Positions 23,119 through 33,535 of a stretch of DNA of 64,000 nt are shown here, in pieces (the stretch's first letter is position 1; every line of letters starts with the position of its first letter). The position numbers were made by a program, and so were the translations under genes. The notes under the pieces were generated by a model, which did not search any database, was not told the origin of the DNA, and saw only the letters and a list, made by a program, of their open reading frames with translations. The DNA is from Ureaplasma sp. Hg1 (GTDB taxonomy: Bacteria > Bacillota_I > Bacilli_A > Mycoplasmatales > Mycoplasmoidaceae): positions 27,876 through 91,875 of the forward strand of contig JAACJV010000002.1 in the NCBI GenBank assembly GCA_021378535.1. The letters run 5' to 3'.

Positions 23119-25122
23119 ATGAAAATAGTCGAACAAAACAGTTTAAGTGAATGTGGTGTATGTGTAATAAATATGCTTGCCAACGAATTCCATCGCAGCC
23201 ACATTAACAAAAATCAAATTCTTAAATATGTCTATTTACCTGAAAACGGTTTAAGTATTCTAGAACTTGAAGAATATGCTATGGTTTATGGTGTTGGAAT
23301 GGAATCATATGAGATGGATTTTAAGGAATTTGAATCATATGAAACAAAAAAATATTTTGTTCTATTACTAAAAAAAACTACTGGTTTGCATTATGTAATC
23401 GCTAGAAAAAAACATCAAAACTTAATTATTTATGATTCGGTTGAAGGAATTATAAACACGACAGTTGGTGAAATAAGTTCTGAATATTGCAATATTATTA
23501 TTCTTTGTAAAAAAACTAAACCTATCGAAATAAATTTTGACAATGATAATTCATGATGAAAATATATAAATTACAAATATTTTTTTATTAGTATTGTTCT
23601 TCAAATGATAATTATTGTTTTAACTTTATTTGGTGGGACATTTATGAAGAATATAATTGATATGGCTATTACTGATGAATCACTTAATAACTTAGTTATT
23701 TTAGCGATAACATATTTATTTGTTTTTATTTTAAGTCATTTAGCCGAATGAATTTTAAATTTATATGGAAATTATGAAACCAGAAGACTATATATGATAA
23801 TGTTTAACATGTTTATTAGAAGAATTGAAAATAAAGAATTTAATTTCTATGATAAAACACCTATAGCTCAAACAATGCAATTGAGTTCCTATATGCAAAA
23901 ATTGGCTCATTTTTTTGCAGTTGATATAACACAATTGGCTAGTAATGTATTCTTAATTATTGTTGCAGTAATCATATTGAGTATTAGTAGTGTTTGATTT
24001 ATATTGATTACTATTATAGCTACATTTGGTTATTTAGCAGTCGCTATTTATGCTTATAGTTTTAATAAAAGTCGTTTAAAAAAGATTCTTAATAATAATG
24101 AGCAAAGTTTTAGTCATTTAAATGACTTTTTGGATTTAACTAAAAAAAATCAAAATTATATTTTAAATAATAAAGCATTAACTTTAATAAAAGATGATAA
24201 TTATACTAATTATCATCTTTACAAAGAAAGTGTTAATATTGATCAAAACAATAGTTTTATAACTAATAGTATAGATTCCTTAGTTTATGTATTCATTGTA
24301 ATTATAGGAAGTTTTTTAATAATCAAAGGTGATGTTAATTATAATGTAGCTATATTAACATATGCAGTTGCATTAAACAATATGATTAATCAGTCTGTTG
24401 ATGGAATATTCAGTTTTGTTATTAATATTAATGGTATTAAACAAGCTAACGAAATTTATCATAAACATATAAGGGTAAATAATTGTAATTATTTACCTGG
24501 AGTTCATTTCGGTAGAACAAAGGGTATTAAAATATCAAAGTTAAGTTACGGTTATAATAAACAACAACAGATAATTAAAGCTTTAGATATGAATATTGTC
24601 TCAGATACAATTATTAAAGGACCTAGTGGCTCTGGTAAATCAACGTTAATGAAAATACTAACAAGGAGAATTAAAATCGCTAATAACATGGTTTATTTGG
24701 ACGATATAGACATTAACTATCTAGATAGTTATAATATTAAACAAAATATTATCTACCATAGTAGTGAAGCCAATATTATTAATTTTAATATTAGTGATTT
24801 AATTCAATCTCACGATAATAAATTACGAATTAAAATCATCTCTTTAATTAAATTAATGCAAGTTAATTTAAATGCAACTAATTTTGATAATTTAAGTAGT
24901 GGTCAAAAACAAATTATTTCATTTCTCCAATTATTACTTTACACAAATAAAATTATTCTTTTAGATGAGCCCTTGAGTCACGTTGATCATGAAATAAAAT
25001 TATGAATTATTAGAGAATTAAAGCCAGTTCTTCTAGAAAATAATTTTATAGTATGGGTTAGTCACGATGCTACGATAGAACCTTTTTTTAAAAATAAACA
25101 GGAGATTTTGCATGATAAATAA
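23119..25122 (+). CDS. peptidase C39-containing ABC transporter (PCAT; bacteriocin/competence-peptide type exporter), 667 aa
   Basis: ORFs 23119, 23794 and 24004 share a frame, and I read 23554..23794 codon by codon. The N-terminal C39 domain has Q6, SECGVC, GLHYVIA and IIYDS. A TM domain follows. The NBD has GPSGSGKST (Walker A), LSSGQKQ (signature), ILLDEP (Walker B) and VSHD (H-loop). Confidence 0.85.
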
Positions 25123-25462
25123 AATTAAATATTTGACTATAACATTTGGTATTATGTTGATAACATTAATTATATTATTGTTTGCATTTAAAAAAGAAGA
25201 ATTAGCAGCTGGCTATTTTCTAATTAATAAAGATAGTACTTACATTGTAGCTAACGATGAAGTCACCTCTTCATTACATCAACATAATTACCATAAAATC
25301 ATTTTTTATTATAAAGGAAAAAAATATCAAGAAAATTATACATTTGCAGATAACATTGCTACAAATACTTATTTAATTAATTTTCCAAATGATATTAATA
25401 ATATGGATGAAATACAAATATATCTAGAAACTATAAGTCTTTTTGACTACATGCTCAAATAA
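25112..25462 (+). CDS. small membrane-anchored protein co-transcribed with the PCAT (possible accessory or immunity protein), 116 aa
   Basis: AGGAGA RBS lies inside the PCAT 3' end and the start overlaps PCAT by 11 nt. It has an N-terminal TM helix ITFGIMLITLIILLFAF. Confidence 0.6.
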   Translation: MINKIKYLTITFGIMLITLIILLFAFKKEELAAGYFLINKDSTYIVANDEVTSSLHQHNYHKIIFYYKGKKYQENYTFADNIATNTYLINFPNDINNMDEIQIYLETISLFDYMLK

Positions 25463-25500
25463 AATCATCACGTAATAATATTTAATTACGTGATGATTTT
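25461..25500. terminator. bidirectional terminator between the PCAT operon and nfo
   Basis: 16-bp perfect stem AAAATCATCACGTAAT / ATTACGTGATGATTTT. Confidence 0.7.
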
Positions 25501-26407
25501 ATTTAATTAACTCTGGCTTAAAATCCTTAAATTTTCTATTTTTTATCATTTCAATTTCCTCGCCATAAGGAGCTATTGAAATCTTTTTTTCTATATCTTT
25601 AACAATTCACGGTGTTTCTAAAATTTTAACGATACCATCAAATTTAGGATGATATATCCACTTTATTAGAGCCTCATACCCAATATGTCCATAACCTATA
25701 TTTTCATGGCGGTCTTTATGGGCTCCAATTGGATTTTTAGAATCATTAATATGAAATAATTTGATTTGTTCTAGACCTATAATTCGATCAAACTTTTCTA
25801 TTACATCATCTATTTCATTCATATCATAACCAGCATCACTAGCGTGACAAGTATCAAAACAAACGCCTATATTATGTTTTTTATCCACACCATCTATAAT
25901 TATTTTTAATTCTTCAAACGTAACACCAACTTCCGAACCTTTTCCAGACATCGTTTCTAGGCAAATAACAACGTTTGTGTCCATTGAGTTAAGTACTTTA
26001 TTTAAACCGTATATAACTTGATCTAAACCTGTAGTTAGAGATTGATCTAAACGGCTTCCAGGATGAAGCACAATATATTTGGCACCCAAATCTTCTGCCC
26101 GTCTAATTTCTTTACCTAAAAATTCAATACCTAATTGACGAATGCTAGGCTTAGCTGAACACAGATTAATAATGTACGGTGCATGAATGATTACATTTGC
26201 AATTGGAATATTATGTTGTTTTAATAAATCATGAGCTTCATTTATTTTAAATATCTCAGTTGGTTTACGCATTGTATTTTGTGGCGCTCCGGTATAAACC
26301 ATTAAAGCGTTAGCGTTATAACTTAACGCCTCTTTAACACTTCCTAAAAAGTAATCTTTTGCTTTTAAACTAACATGACTACCTATATACAATTTATATT
26401 TATTCAT
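25499..26407 (-). CDS. nfo: endonuclease IV (deoxyribonuclease IV)
   Basis: Motifs include HAPYIINL, VLHPG, LETMSGKG, CFDTCH and HINDS. The track ORF end at 25607 is a TGA (ETPW...), and reading on gives ...APYGEEIEMIKNRKF...ELIK with TAA at 25501-25499. Confidence 0.9.
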
Positions 26408-26409
26408 AG

Positions 26410-27414
26410 TTATTTCTCCATTTTTTTAAGTTCTATTTGAATGTCTTTAAAAACATTAATAATTAATTTAGAGGGATCGCCCTCTTGATATAAAACATTA
26501 TACAAATTTACCAATAATGGTGCATTCAATTTATTTCTAACTATTATATCGTAAGCAATTTTAACATTCTTATAACCCTCGACTGTTTGTGTTTTCCCTT
26601 TTTCTAACGCTGTTTTAACTCCAAATTTTGAAACTTGTTGTCCAAAACTATAGTTTCTAGATTGGCTATCAGTGCAAGTTAAAAAAATATCGCCGATTCC
26701 ACAATATTGAAGTAGTGATGCTTGTTTTCCGCCCAAAATTGAAACTATATCAGAAATTTCTCGTGCGCCTTGTGCTAAGATTGCTGATAGTGTGTTGATT
26801 GATGGGTGGAATGTTTTCATCATACCTGTTGCAATAGCTAAACAATTTTTAAGTGCTGCGCTCAATTCAGCGCCAATTTCATCGTTAAGTGGTACAGCTA
26901 AAAAATAATCATTATTAAATATTAATGAAGTTAGATGTGCAATTTTTATATCGCTACTAACAACATTTACAATGGTTGCTTGCTTATGAAAAACTTCATA
27001 AGCAAAACTTGGCCCTATTAAAGTAACATATCCTCTTAATTTTAAATTACTTTTAAAGGTTTTGGATCAAACATTTTCACTCTCTGGATCTAGTCCTTTA
27101 GCAACATTAATTATAATTACATTCTCCGAAATTAAAGTCTTCATTTTATCAATCATTTGATTAATAAATTCTGTCGGGATAGCTATAATAATATATTCGC
27201 TACCGGTCATCGCGTCTTCAAGACTTGATGTTAGTTTTGTTATTGGATAGGAAAGTTTAACGTTACCGTAGCATTTTCTATTATACATTTGCTTTAAATC
27301 TGCAATTTGTTTATCATCAACACCGTACATAGTAACATTATGATGATTGGATAAAAGCACTTGAGATAGAGCTGTTCCTCAAGCGCCTGTACCAATAATT
27401 AGTATTTTTGCCAT
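26410..27414 (-). CDS. gpsA: NAD(P)H-dependent glycerol-3-phosphate dehydrogenase
   Basis: Starts [20 protein letters not shown]. ORFs 26410 and 27067 are in frame with ATG 27414-27412. NCLAIATGM and the C-terminal domain motifs are present. Confidence 0.9.
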
Positions 27415-28745
27415 TATTTATTGCCACCTCTTATACGAGAGTTTTTATCTTTTCAAAATAATGTTATGGGAACTTTATCTAAACCAAATACTTCCCTAAT
27501 TCTATTTTCAACATATCGACCATAACTAAAGTGTAAATATTTCGGGTTATTAACAAAAATAACAAACGTAGGTATTTGGCTTTTAACTTGTGTCGCATAC
27601 GAAATATTTAATCTCCCACCTTTAAATCCAGGAGGTTGTTGCATCATTTGAGCTTTTAAAATTGTCTCATTTAATAATGATGTTGAAATTTTTCTATTTA
27701 ATTGTTCTTCAATAGCATTCAATGTCTCAAAAATAGTGTGAACTCTTTTATTATCATAAGCGCTAATAAAAACAAGTGGTGCCCAAGCTAAATATTTAAA
27801 TTTGCTCCGTATCATTTTAGTAAATTGATTCATAGTACTATTATCTTTTTTCACTAAATCTCATTTATTGACTACAATAACGGTTGGAATGTTTGCACCA
27901 TAAGCTAAACCACCGATAATTTCGTCTTGTTCAGTAAAAGGCTGAGATCCATCAATCATTACAAGTATAACCTTGCTCCTACGAATAGCACCTTCAGCTC
28001 TAATTACTGAGTATTTCTCAACTTGCTCCTTAATTTTACCTTTTCTTCTAATACCCGCTGTATCAATTATTGTATATTGTCTATTTTGGTATTTAAAATC
28101 ACTGTCAATAGAATCTCGAGTAGTACCTGCAATTTCACTTACAATAACACGCTCCTCACGTAGGATTGTATTTGTTAATGAAGATTTACCTACATTAGGT
28201 TTACCAATTATACAAAATTTAAAAGTGTCATCTCTACTATGCTCAGGTTCGGGTGGCAATTTACCTACTATTTCATCTAATAAATCCCCTACACCAATAC
28301 CGTGTTCAGCTGACAATAAAAATGGTTTACCAAAACCTAGTTGATAAAATTGATTCATTTTTTCATTTGCTTTATTTGATTCAGCCTTATTAACAACTAG
28401 AATAATTTGTTTAGTTTTAGCGTGTTGCTTCAATATTTTTGCAACATATTCGTCATCAAGATTAATTCCATCTTTGTATGAAACTATAAATATTATTACT
28501 TGTGATTCATCGATTGCAAAGTCTACTTGCATTTCAATATTTGTCTTAAAAGTTTCCTCTTTTAATGTTAACCCACCTGTGTCGATTAATTCAAATCGTC
28601 GTGTTAATCACTCTGCATCGCCATAAATACGATCTCTAGTTACACCTGGTTGATCATCAACAATAGATTTTCTTTTTTTTATGATTCTATTGAATAGTGT
28701 AGATTTACCGACATTCGGTTTTCCAACGATTGCTATTGTTCTCAT
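27414..28745 (-). CDS. der: ribosome-associated GTPase Der (EngA), two tandem GTPase domains
   Basis: [19 protein letters not shown]...DTGG and a second [14 protein letters not shown]...DTAG. The track end at 27453 is TGA. The true TAA at 27416-27414 overlaps the gpsA ATG (TAATG). Confidence 0.9.
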
Positions 28746-28810
28746 AATATTGATTTCCTCACATAAATAAATTAGTGCCTATATTATAGAACAATTTTCT
28801 CATTAGAGTG

Positions 28811-29161
28811 TTACTTATTTCATAAATATGAAATGAATTCTTTAATCGCTTTATTTCTCTTCAAATAATAGTTTGAAACACTGCAATTCATTTCATCGAT
28901 AGTTTTCCTGTCAATAAAACAACCTTTTAAAAATTGTGAATTTATTTTATTCATACTTTTTAAAATGTCTTCTGTAAGTTTAATATATCCTTTCATTTCA
29001 TCAATTTTAGAAAATCAAGCTTTCGCTCCGCCTATTTCTGTTTCACCGTATGTTTCATAGTGTTTCACTCTAAAATCATATAAAGAATAAAGTCTAAAAT
29101 ATTCATTCACTCAAACTAGAATTTCTTTTTTGGTATTTGGCTTTATTGTAATTAAATCCAT
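28811..29161 (-). CDS. small (116 aa) protein with a C-terminal sigma-70 region-4 / ArpU-like helix-turn-helix
   Basis: Hand translation gives MDLITIKPNTKKEILVWVNEY...FLKGCFIDRKTIDEMNCSVSNYYLKRNKAIKEFISYLWNK. There are three in-frame TGA codons, so it is absent from the track. The RBS is weak. Confidence 0.4.
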
Positions 29162-29307
29162 TTTGTTTCTCTTTTCCAAGTGATGTACTAACAATTTCTA
29201 ATTTAACATAAATTAAAATAAAAAGCAAATATTTATATATACACGAAATCCCTTTTAATACTTAAAAGAAATTAATACTTTTTCAATTAAATAATTAAGT
29301 TATAGGT

Positions 29308-30420
29308 ATGAAGACAGAAAAAAGATCATCTGAGATAACTTTTTTACCTTGTATGATAATTTTGATAATTATTTTATATGTATTGAAATATAAAAATTAT
29401 TATCTACTAATTATCCTAATTGGTGGTTTTTGCTATTTAATTTTTAATCACACTTCATTGAAATATTATTTACTTTTAGTAACTCTTATCTTATTTTTCA
29501 CATTGATATATTATTTTTTACCACCTCTAATTAACGGTAATGAAATGGTTTCATTTTTAAATAATAAATTATTTAATATAAGATTAGCGACAATGGATTG
29601 AATAGATGATGGCTATAATGATTCTTTGACGTCAGGTACAATCGAGTTAATAGTGTTTAATTATCATACAGATGCTACTTACGATTTTTATCATAAAATA
29701 ATTGATTTATCCGTAGTTTATCTTTTTGTAGTTAGTGGGTTTCACATTAGTATGCTTAATAAATTAATGAAAAAAATAATTAAAAATAAAAAATTATTCA
29801 TTTTTATTAGCTTTACATTACTGTTGTTTTACTGTTACTTATTAAATTTTTCAGTTGGAGCTTTAAGAAGTTATTTTATGTTATTAATAGCATGAATTAG
29901 TAATTCAAACTGAAATTGAAAATCTAAATGAAAAAAACTTAATAATTACGATATTCTGGGTGGTAGCGCTCTACTAGTGATGTTATGATCCTTTCAAAGC
30001 ATTTATAGCGTAGGCTTTCAATTAAGCTTTTTATGTACTTTGTTTATTATTTTATTAAACGAATTAGAAATACATAATAAATTATTTAAAGGGATTTTAA
30101 TAAATCTTATTTGTTTAATCATAAGTTTTCCCATCGTTATAAGCATGAATAATAAAGTCAATGTTTTAGCCATTATCAACGGTTTTATATTTAGTTATGT
30201 TATTATTTTAATATTCATATGATTCATTCTCACATTCTGAATTATTTGAATTGCGCCAGTCCAAGTTTTTGTTACAGATTTTTTACATATTTTAATTAAT
30301 TTACAGTACAATATTCCTTCCTATATATACATTGATGAATTTAATATAGTCATCACTACATTATATTATGGTTTAGCATTTGGATGGGGTGCAACTATTT
30401 TACATAAAAAAGTTAATTAA
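29308..30420 (+). CDS. comEC: ComEC/Rec2-family competence-type membrane channel protein (short form, 370 aa)
   Basis: ORFs 29308, 29626 and 30040 are in one frame, joined by TGA. The motif DLSVVYLFVVSGFHISML matches the HLLAISGLH core of the Competence domain. It is a multi-pass membrane protein. Confidence 0.6.
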
Positions 30421-30454
30421 TTATGATATATTTAATTAATTAAAAGAGGTTAAA

Positions 30455-30730
30455 ATGAAGCAAAATAAAGACCAAATTATTCTACAAGAAGAAGTTAATC
30501 AAAATAGTTCTCAAAAAAATAATGAAAAAATAGCAGATTCAACCACAAAGAGATTTGGAATTATTCGAAAACAAGATATAGTTAACGATATTACTTCAGC
30601 TAATTTATTAGAAAAAAATAGTTCAACAATTAAACGCTACATCATAGCAAGCGTTCTAATTTTTATTGTTGTATTAGCCATTATCGGAACTGTATTTTTA
30701 ATTTTAATGGCTTTAAATAAAACTCAATAA
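30455..30730 (+). CDS. tail-anchored small membrane protein, 91 aa
   Basis: AAGAGGT RBS is present, with a C-terminal TM helix IIASVLIFIVVLAIIGTVFLILMAL. A hairpin terminator at 30766-30795 follows. Confidence 0.5.
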   Translation: MKQNKDQIILQEEVNQNSSQKNNEKIADSTTKRFGIIRKQDIVNDITSANLLEKNSSTIKRYIIASVLIFIVVLAIIGTVFLILMALNKTQ

Positions 30731-30845
30731 AAATATTAATTTAATATAATTCTTATAAATTTTTAAAGGTGCACTAAAAAATGTGTACCTTTTTTAACAC
30801 TTTCTCTTGTTAAATATTTATTATTTAAGTATTATTAAGTAGTGA

Positions 30846-30873
30846 CAAGTGTTAAAAAGTGGAGGAAAGTGGT
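30846..30873 (+). promoter_or_regulatory. putative MraZ operator: three direct AAGTG(T/G) repeats with 10-bp spacing
   Basis: AAGTGT at 30847, AAGTGG at 30857 and AAGTGG at 30867, plus an extra AGTG at 30841. They lie immediately upstream of the mraZ ATG. Confidence 0.5.
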
Positions 30874-30879
30874 GAACTT

Positions 30880-31311
30880 ATGTTTTTAGGAACTTATTCA
30901 AATAATCTAGATGTAAAAAATCGTTTAGCATTACCAAAAAAAATTGCAGTAATGTTAAGTGAAACCGTTGTAGTAAGCAAGGGTTTTGATGGATGTTTAG
31001 AATTAAGAACATATGACTCTTTCCAGACTTATTCAAACAAATTAATGAACTTATCACAGAATAAGAAAAACACTAGAATTATTCAACGACAATTATTAGC
31101 TAATGCAACAATGATTGATGTTGATGCTAACAATCGAATTCTTCTGCCATCCAATCTTTTAAAAGAAGCAAAAATTACAAAAAGTTTAGTTTTAATTGGG
31201 GTTGGTACAAAATTAGAAATTTGAGATAGTGAACAATATAGAGTTTTTAAAGATTCGACAGACTCGACTTTTGAAAAATTAGCAGAAGATCTTGAAGATG
31301 AAAATTTCTAA
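30880..31311 (+). CDS. mraZ: transcriptional regulator MraZ
   Basis: MFLGTYSNNLDVKNRLALPKK... and a second DANNRILLP motif, giving the duplicated SpoVT/AbrB-like DxxxR motifs. One TGA occurs and the TAA stop is at 31309-31311. Confidence 0.9.
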
Positions 31312-32227
31312 TAGTCATTACAGCGTGATGGCTAAGGAAATGATAACTAATTTAGATGTTAAGGGAAATGGTGTGTATATAGATTGCACAATGGGTCGCG
31401 GCGGACATACAAATTTGATTTTGGAAAAATTAAATTCTGAAGGAAAAATTGTAGCTATCGATCAGGATGAAGATGCGATTAATTATTGCACCAACAAATT
31501 CAAGGAGTTTTCTAATGTGAAAATAATTAGAGGAAATTTTAAGAATTTAAAATCAATTGTAAACGATTTGAACATAGAATGTGTAGATGGTATTATTTTT
31601 GATTTGGGTGTAAGTAGTCCGCAACTAGATAATGACGAAAGAGGGTTTAGTTATCGTCATAATGGTCCGTTGGACATGCGGATGGATCAATCTCAAAAAT
31701 TAGATGCTAAAACAATTATTAATAATTATAATAGTAAGGAATTGCATTATATTTTTAAACGCTATGGGGATATTAAAAATCCAAATTCAGTAATTAAAAA
31801 TATTATCGAGGCTCGAAATATTAATCCAATTAATAATACAATGGAACTAGTTGAAATTATTAAGAGATCTGTTCCAACTAGACTCCTTTACACAGCAAAG
31901 CATCCAGCTCGTGTTTATTTTCAAGCAATTCGAATTGCTGTTAATAATGAAATTGATATTTTAGAAAATGTAATCATTGATGCAAGCAAATTACTAAAAC
32001 AAAATGGGAAAATAATTATGATTAGCTTTCACTCGTTAGAAGATAAAGTAATAAAAAAAACATTTACTAAATTAGCTACCAACCACATTCCTAGAGAAGT
32101 TCCAACAATGGAACAAACAACTGCATTTTCAATCGTTACCAAACGACCTGTTCTTCCAAATTGTAATGAACTAAATGAAAATAATCGCAGTCGCTCTAGC
32201 AAATTAAGAATTTTAATTAAAAACTAG
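31298..32227 (+). CDS. rsmH: 16S rRNA (cytosine1402-N4)-methyltransferase
   Basis: HYSVMAKEM...YIDCTMGRGGHT...FDLGVSSPQLD...FHSLEDK motifs. It overlaps the mraZ 3' end by 14 nt. Confidence 0.9.
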   Translation: MKISNSHYSVMAKEMITNLDVKGNGVYIDCTMGRGGHTNLILEKLNSEGKIVAIDQDEDAINYCTNKFKEFSNVKIIRGNFKNLKSIVNDLNIECVDGIIFDLGVSSPQLDNDERGFSYRHNGPLDMRMDQSQKLDAKTIINNYNSKELHYIFKRYGDIKNPNSVIKNIIEARNINPINNTMELVEIIKRSVPTRLLYTAKHPARVYFQAIRIAVNNEIDILENVIIDASKLLKQNGKIIMISFHSLEDKVIKKTFTKLATNHIPREVPTMEQTTAFSIVTKRPVLPNCNELNENNRSRSSKLRILIKN

Positions 32228-32241
32228 ATAAGAGGTATAAT

Positions 32242-33504
32242 ATGATTCAACAAAACAATAGACATTTTGCAGTTTTAAATATTAATGATAAGTCTACTCA
32301 ATTATATATGGGTAAATTTAATTCTGACCAAAAGGTTATTCCTCTTTTTATGAGTAGTTATAATAACAATGGAGCTGTTACAAATTCTGTGATAACAGAT
32401 AAAATAAAGCTGATAGGAAATATTAAAAAATTATTTTTAGAAGCAGAAGAATTTATCGGAAAACCTATTAAATCTATTATTTTATCTATTGATTTTAAAA
32501 AATTCACAATTAAGGATTTTGAAATCAAGAATTACAATATAGAAGATTTGGAATTAGATTTACCTAAATGAAATAAATTAATTGATAGTATAGATTTTAA
32601 ATACGATCATAAACAATATGTTCAATTAGGTTCTGAAATATATAGATTTTTTGTAGACGGTGAAGAACAAACTATTTTTAATAAATCAATTCGTGGAAAA
32701 AAATTAGATTTAAATGGGAAAATATATCTAGTAAATAGTGTATTAGCAAAACCATTTATAGAGTTAATAGAAGCAGAAGGAATAAATATTTTAGACGTTA
32801 ATATTAGTCAAGTTGAATTTTTGAAACAATTTGAAATTAAATTACAAGATCAACATAAAATATTGATTCATGTAAAAAAAGATGGAATGCAATTAGGTTG
32901 ATATTTTAATAATGTATTATTACATAACGATATTTCGAATCGAATGTCAATTAATGATTTTATTGATAAGTTATCTAAGTTACTACAAATTGAAAATAAA
33001 AAATTATGACAATATTTTAATAATAGTCATTTCTTGTATAAGGGTAAATACAATGAAACTGTTGTTAATATATTTGATAAAAAATATCTATCAATTAAAC
33101 GGATTAAGCAAAGTGAGCTTGATAAGGCAATAGATAAATATTTGCTAGAGTTGCAAGATGAAGTGGAAACCTTTGTCAAATATATAGAAAAAGAAACAAA
33201 TGCTGAAATTAGTGAAGTGAAAATTATAAGTGATTATGAAGTAATTTTAAAAGCATTCATATACCTTCCAATTATGAGGGACTGAAAGGTCGATATAGTG
33301 GCAGGTAATGAACAATGTTTGAATATAGCTAAATATATGGATGCTGTGTCTTCCATTCACAATGCGAATTTAAAACTTAAGGGTATTTCAGATATTAGTG
33401 CAACTAGATTGTTGCCGATTTATACTGAGAATGAAAAGAATAAAATTCAATCAAAAATAAACAAATTTAGTAAAAAACATTCACAATTAGTAGCTAATAA
33501 TTAA
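32242..33504 (+). CDS. ftsA: divergent FtsA-like cell-division protein (420 aa)
   Basis: ORFs 32242, 33034 and 33298 are in one frame, and I read the gap codon by codon. The assignment rests mainly on conserved mraZ-rsmH-X-ftsZ synteny in Mollicutes, because the sequence itself is very diverged. Confidence 0.5.
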
Positions 33505-33535
33505 CATTTCCAATTTTAGGGTATAGGTAAAAACA

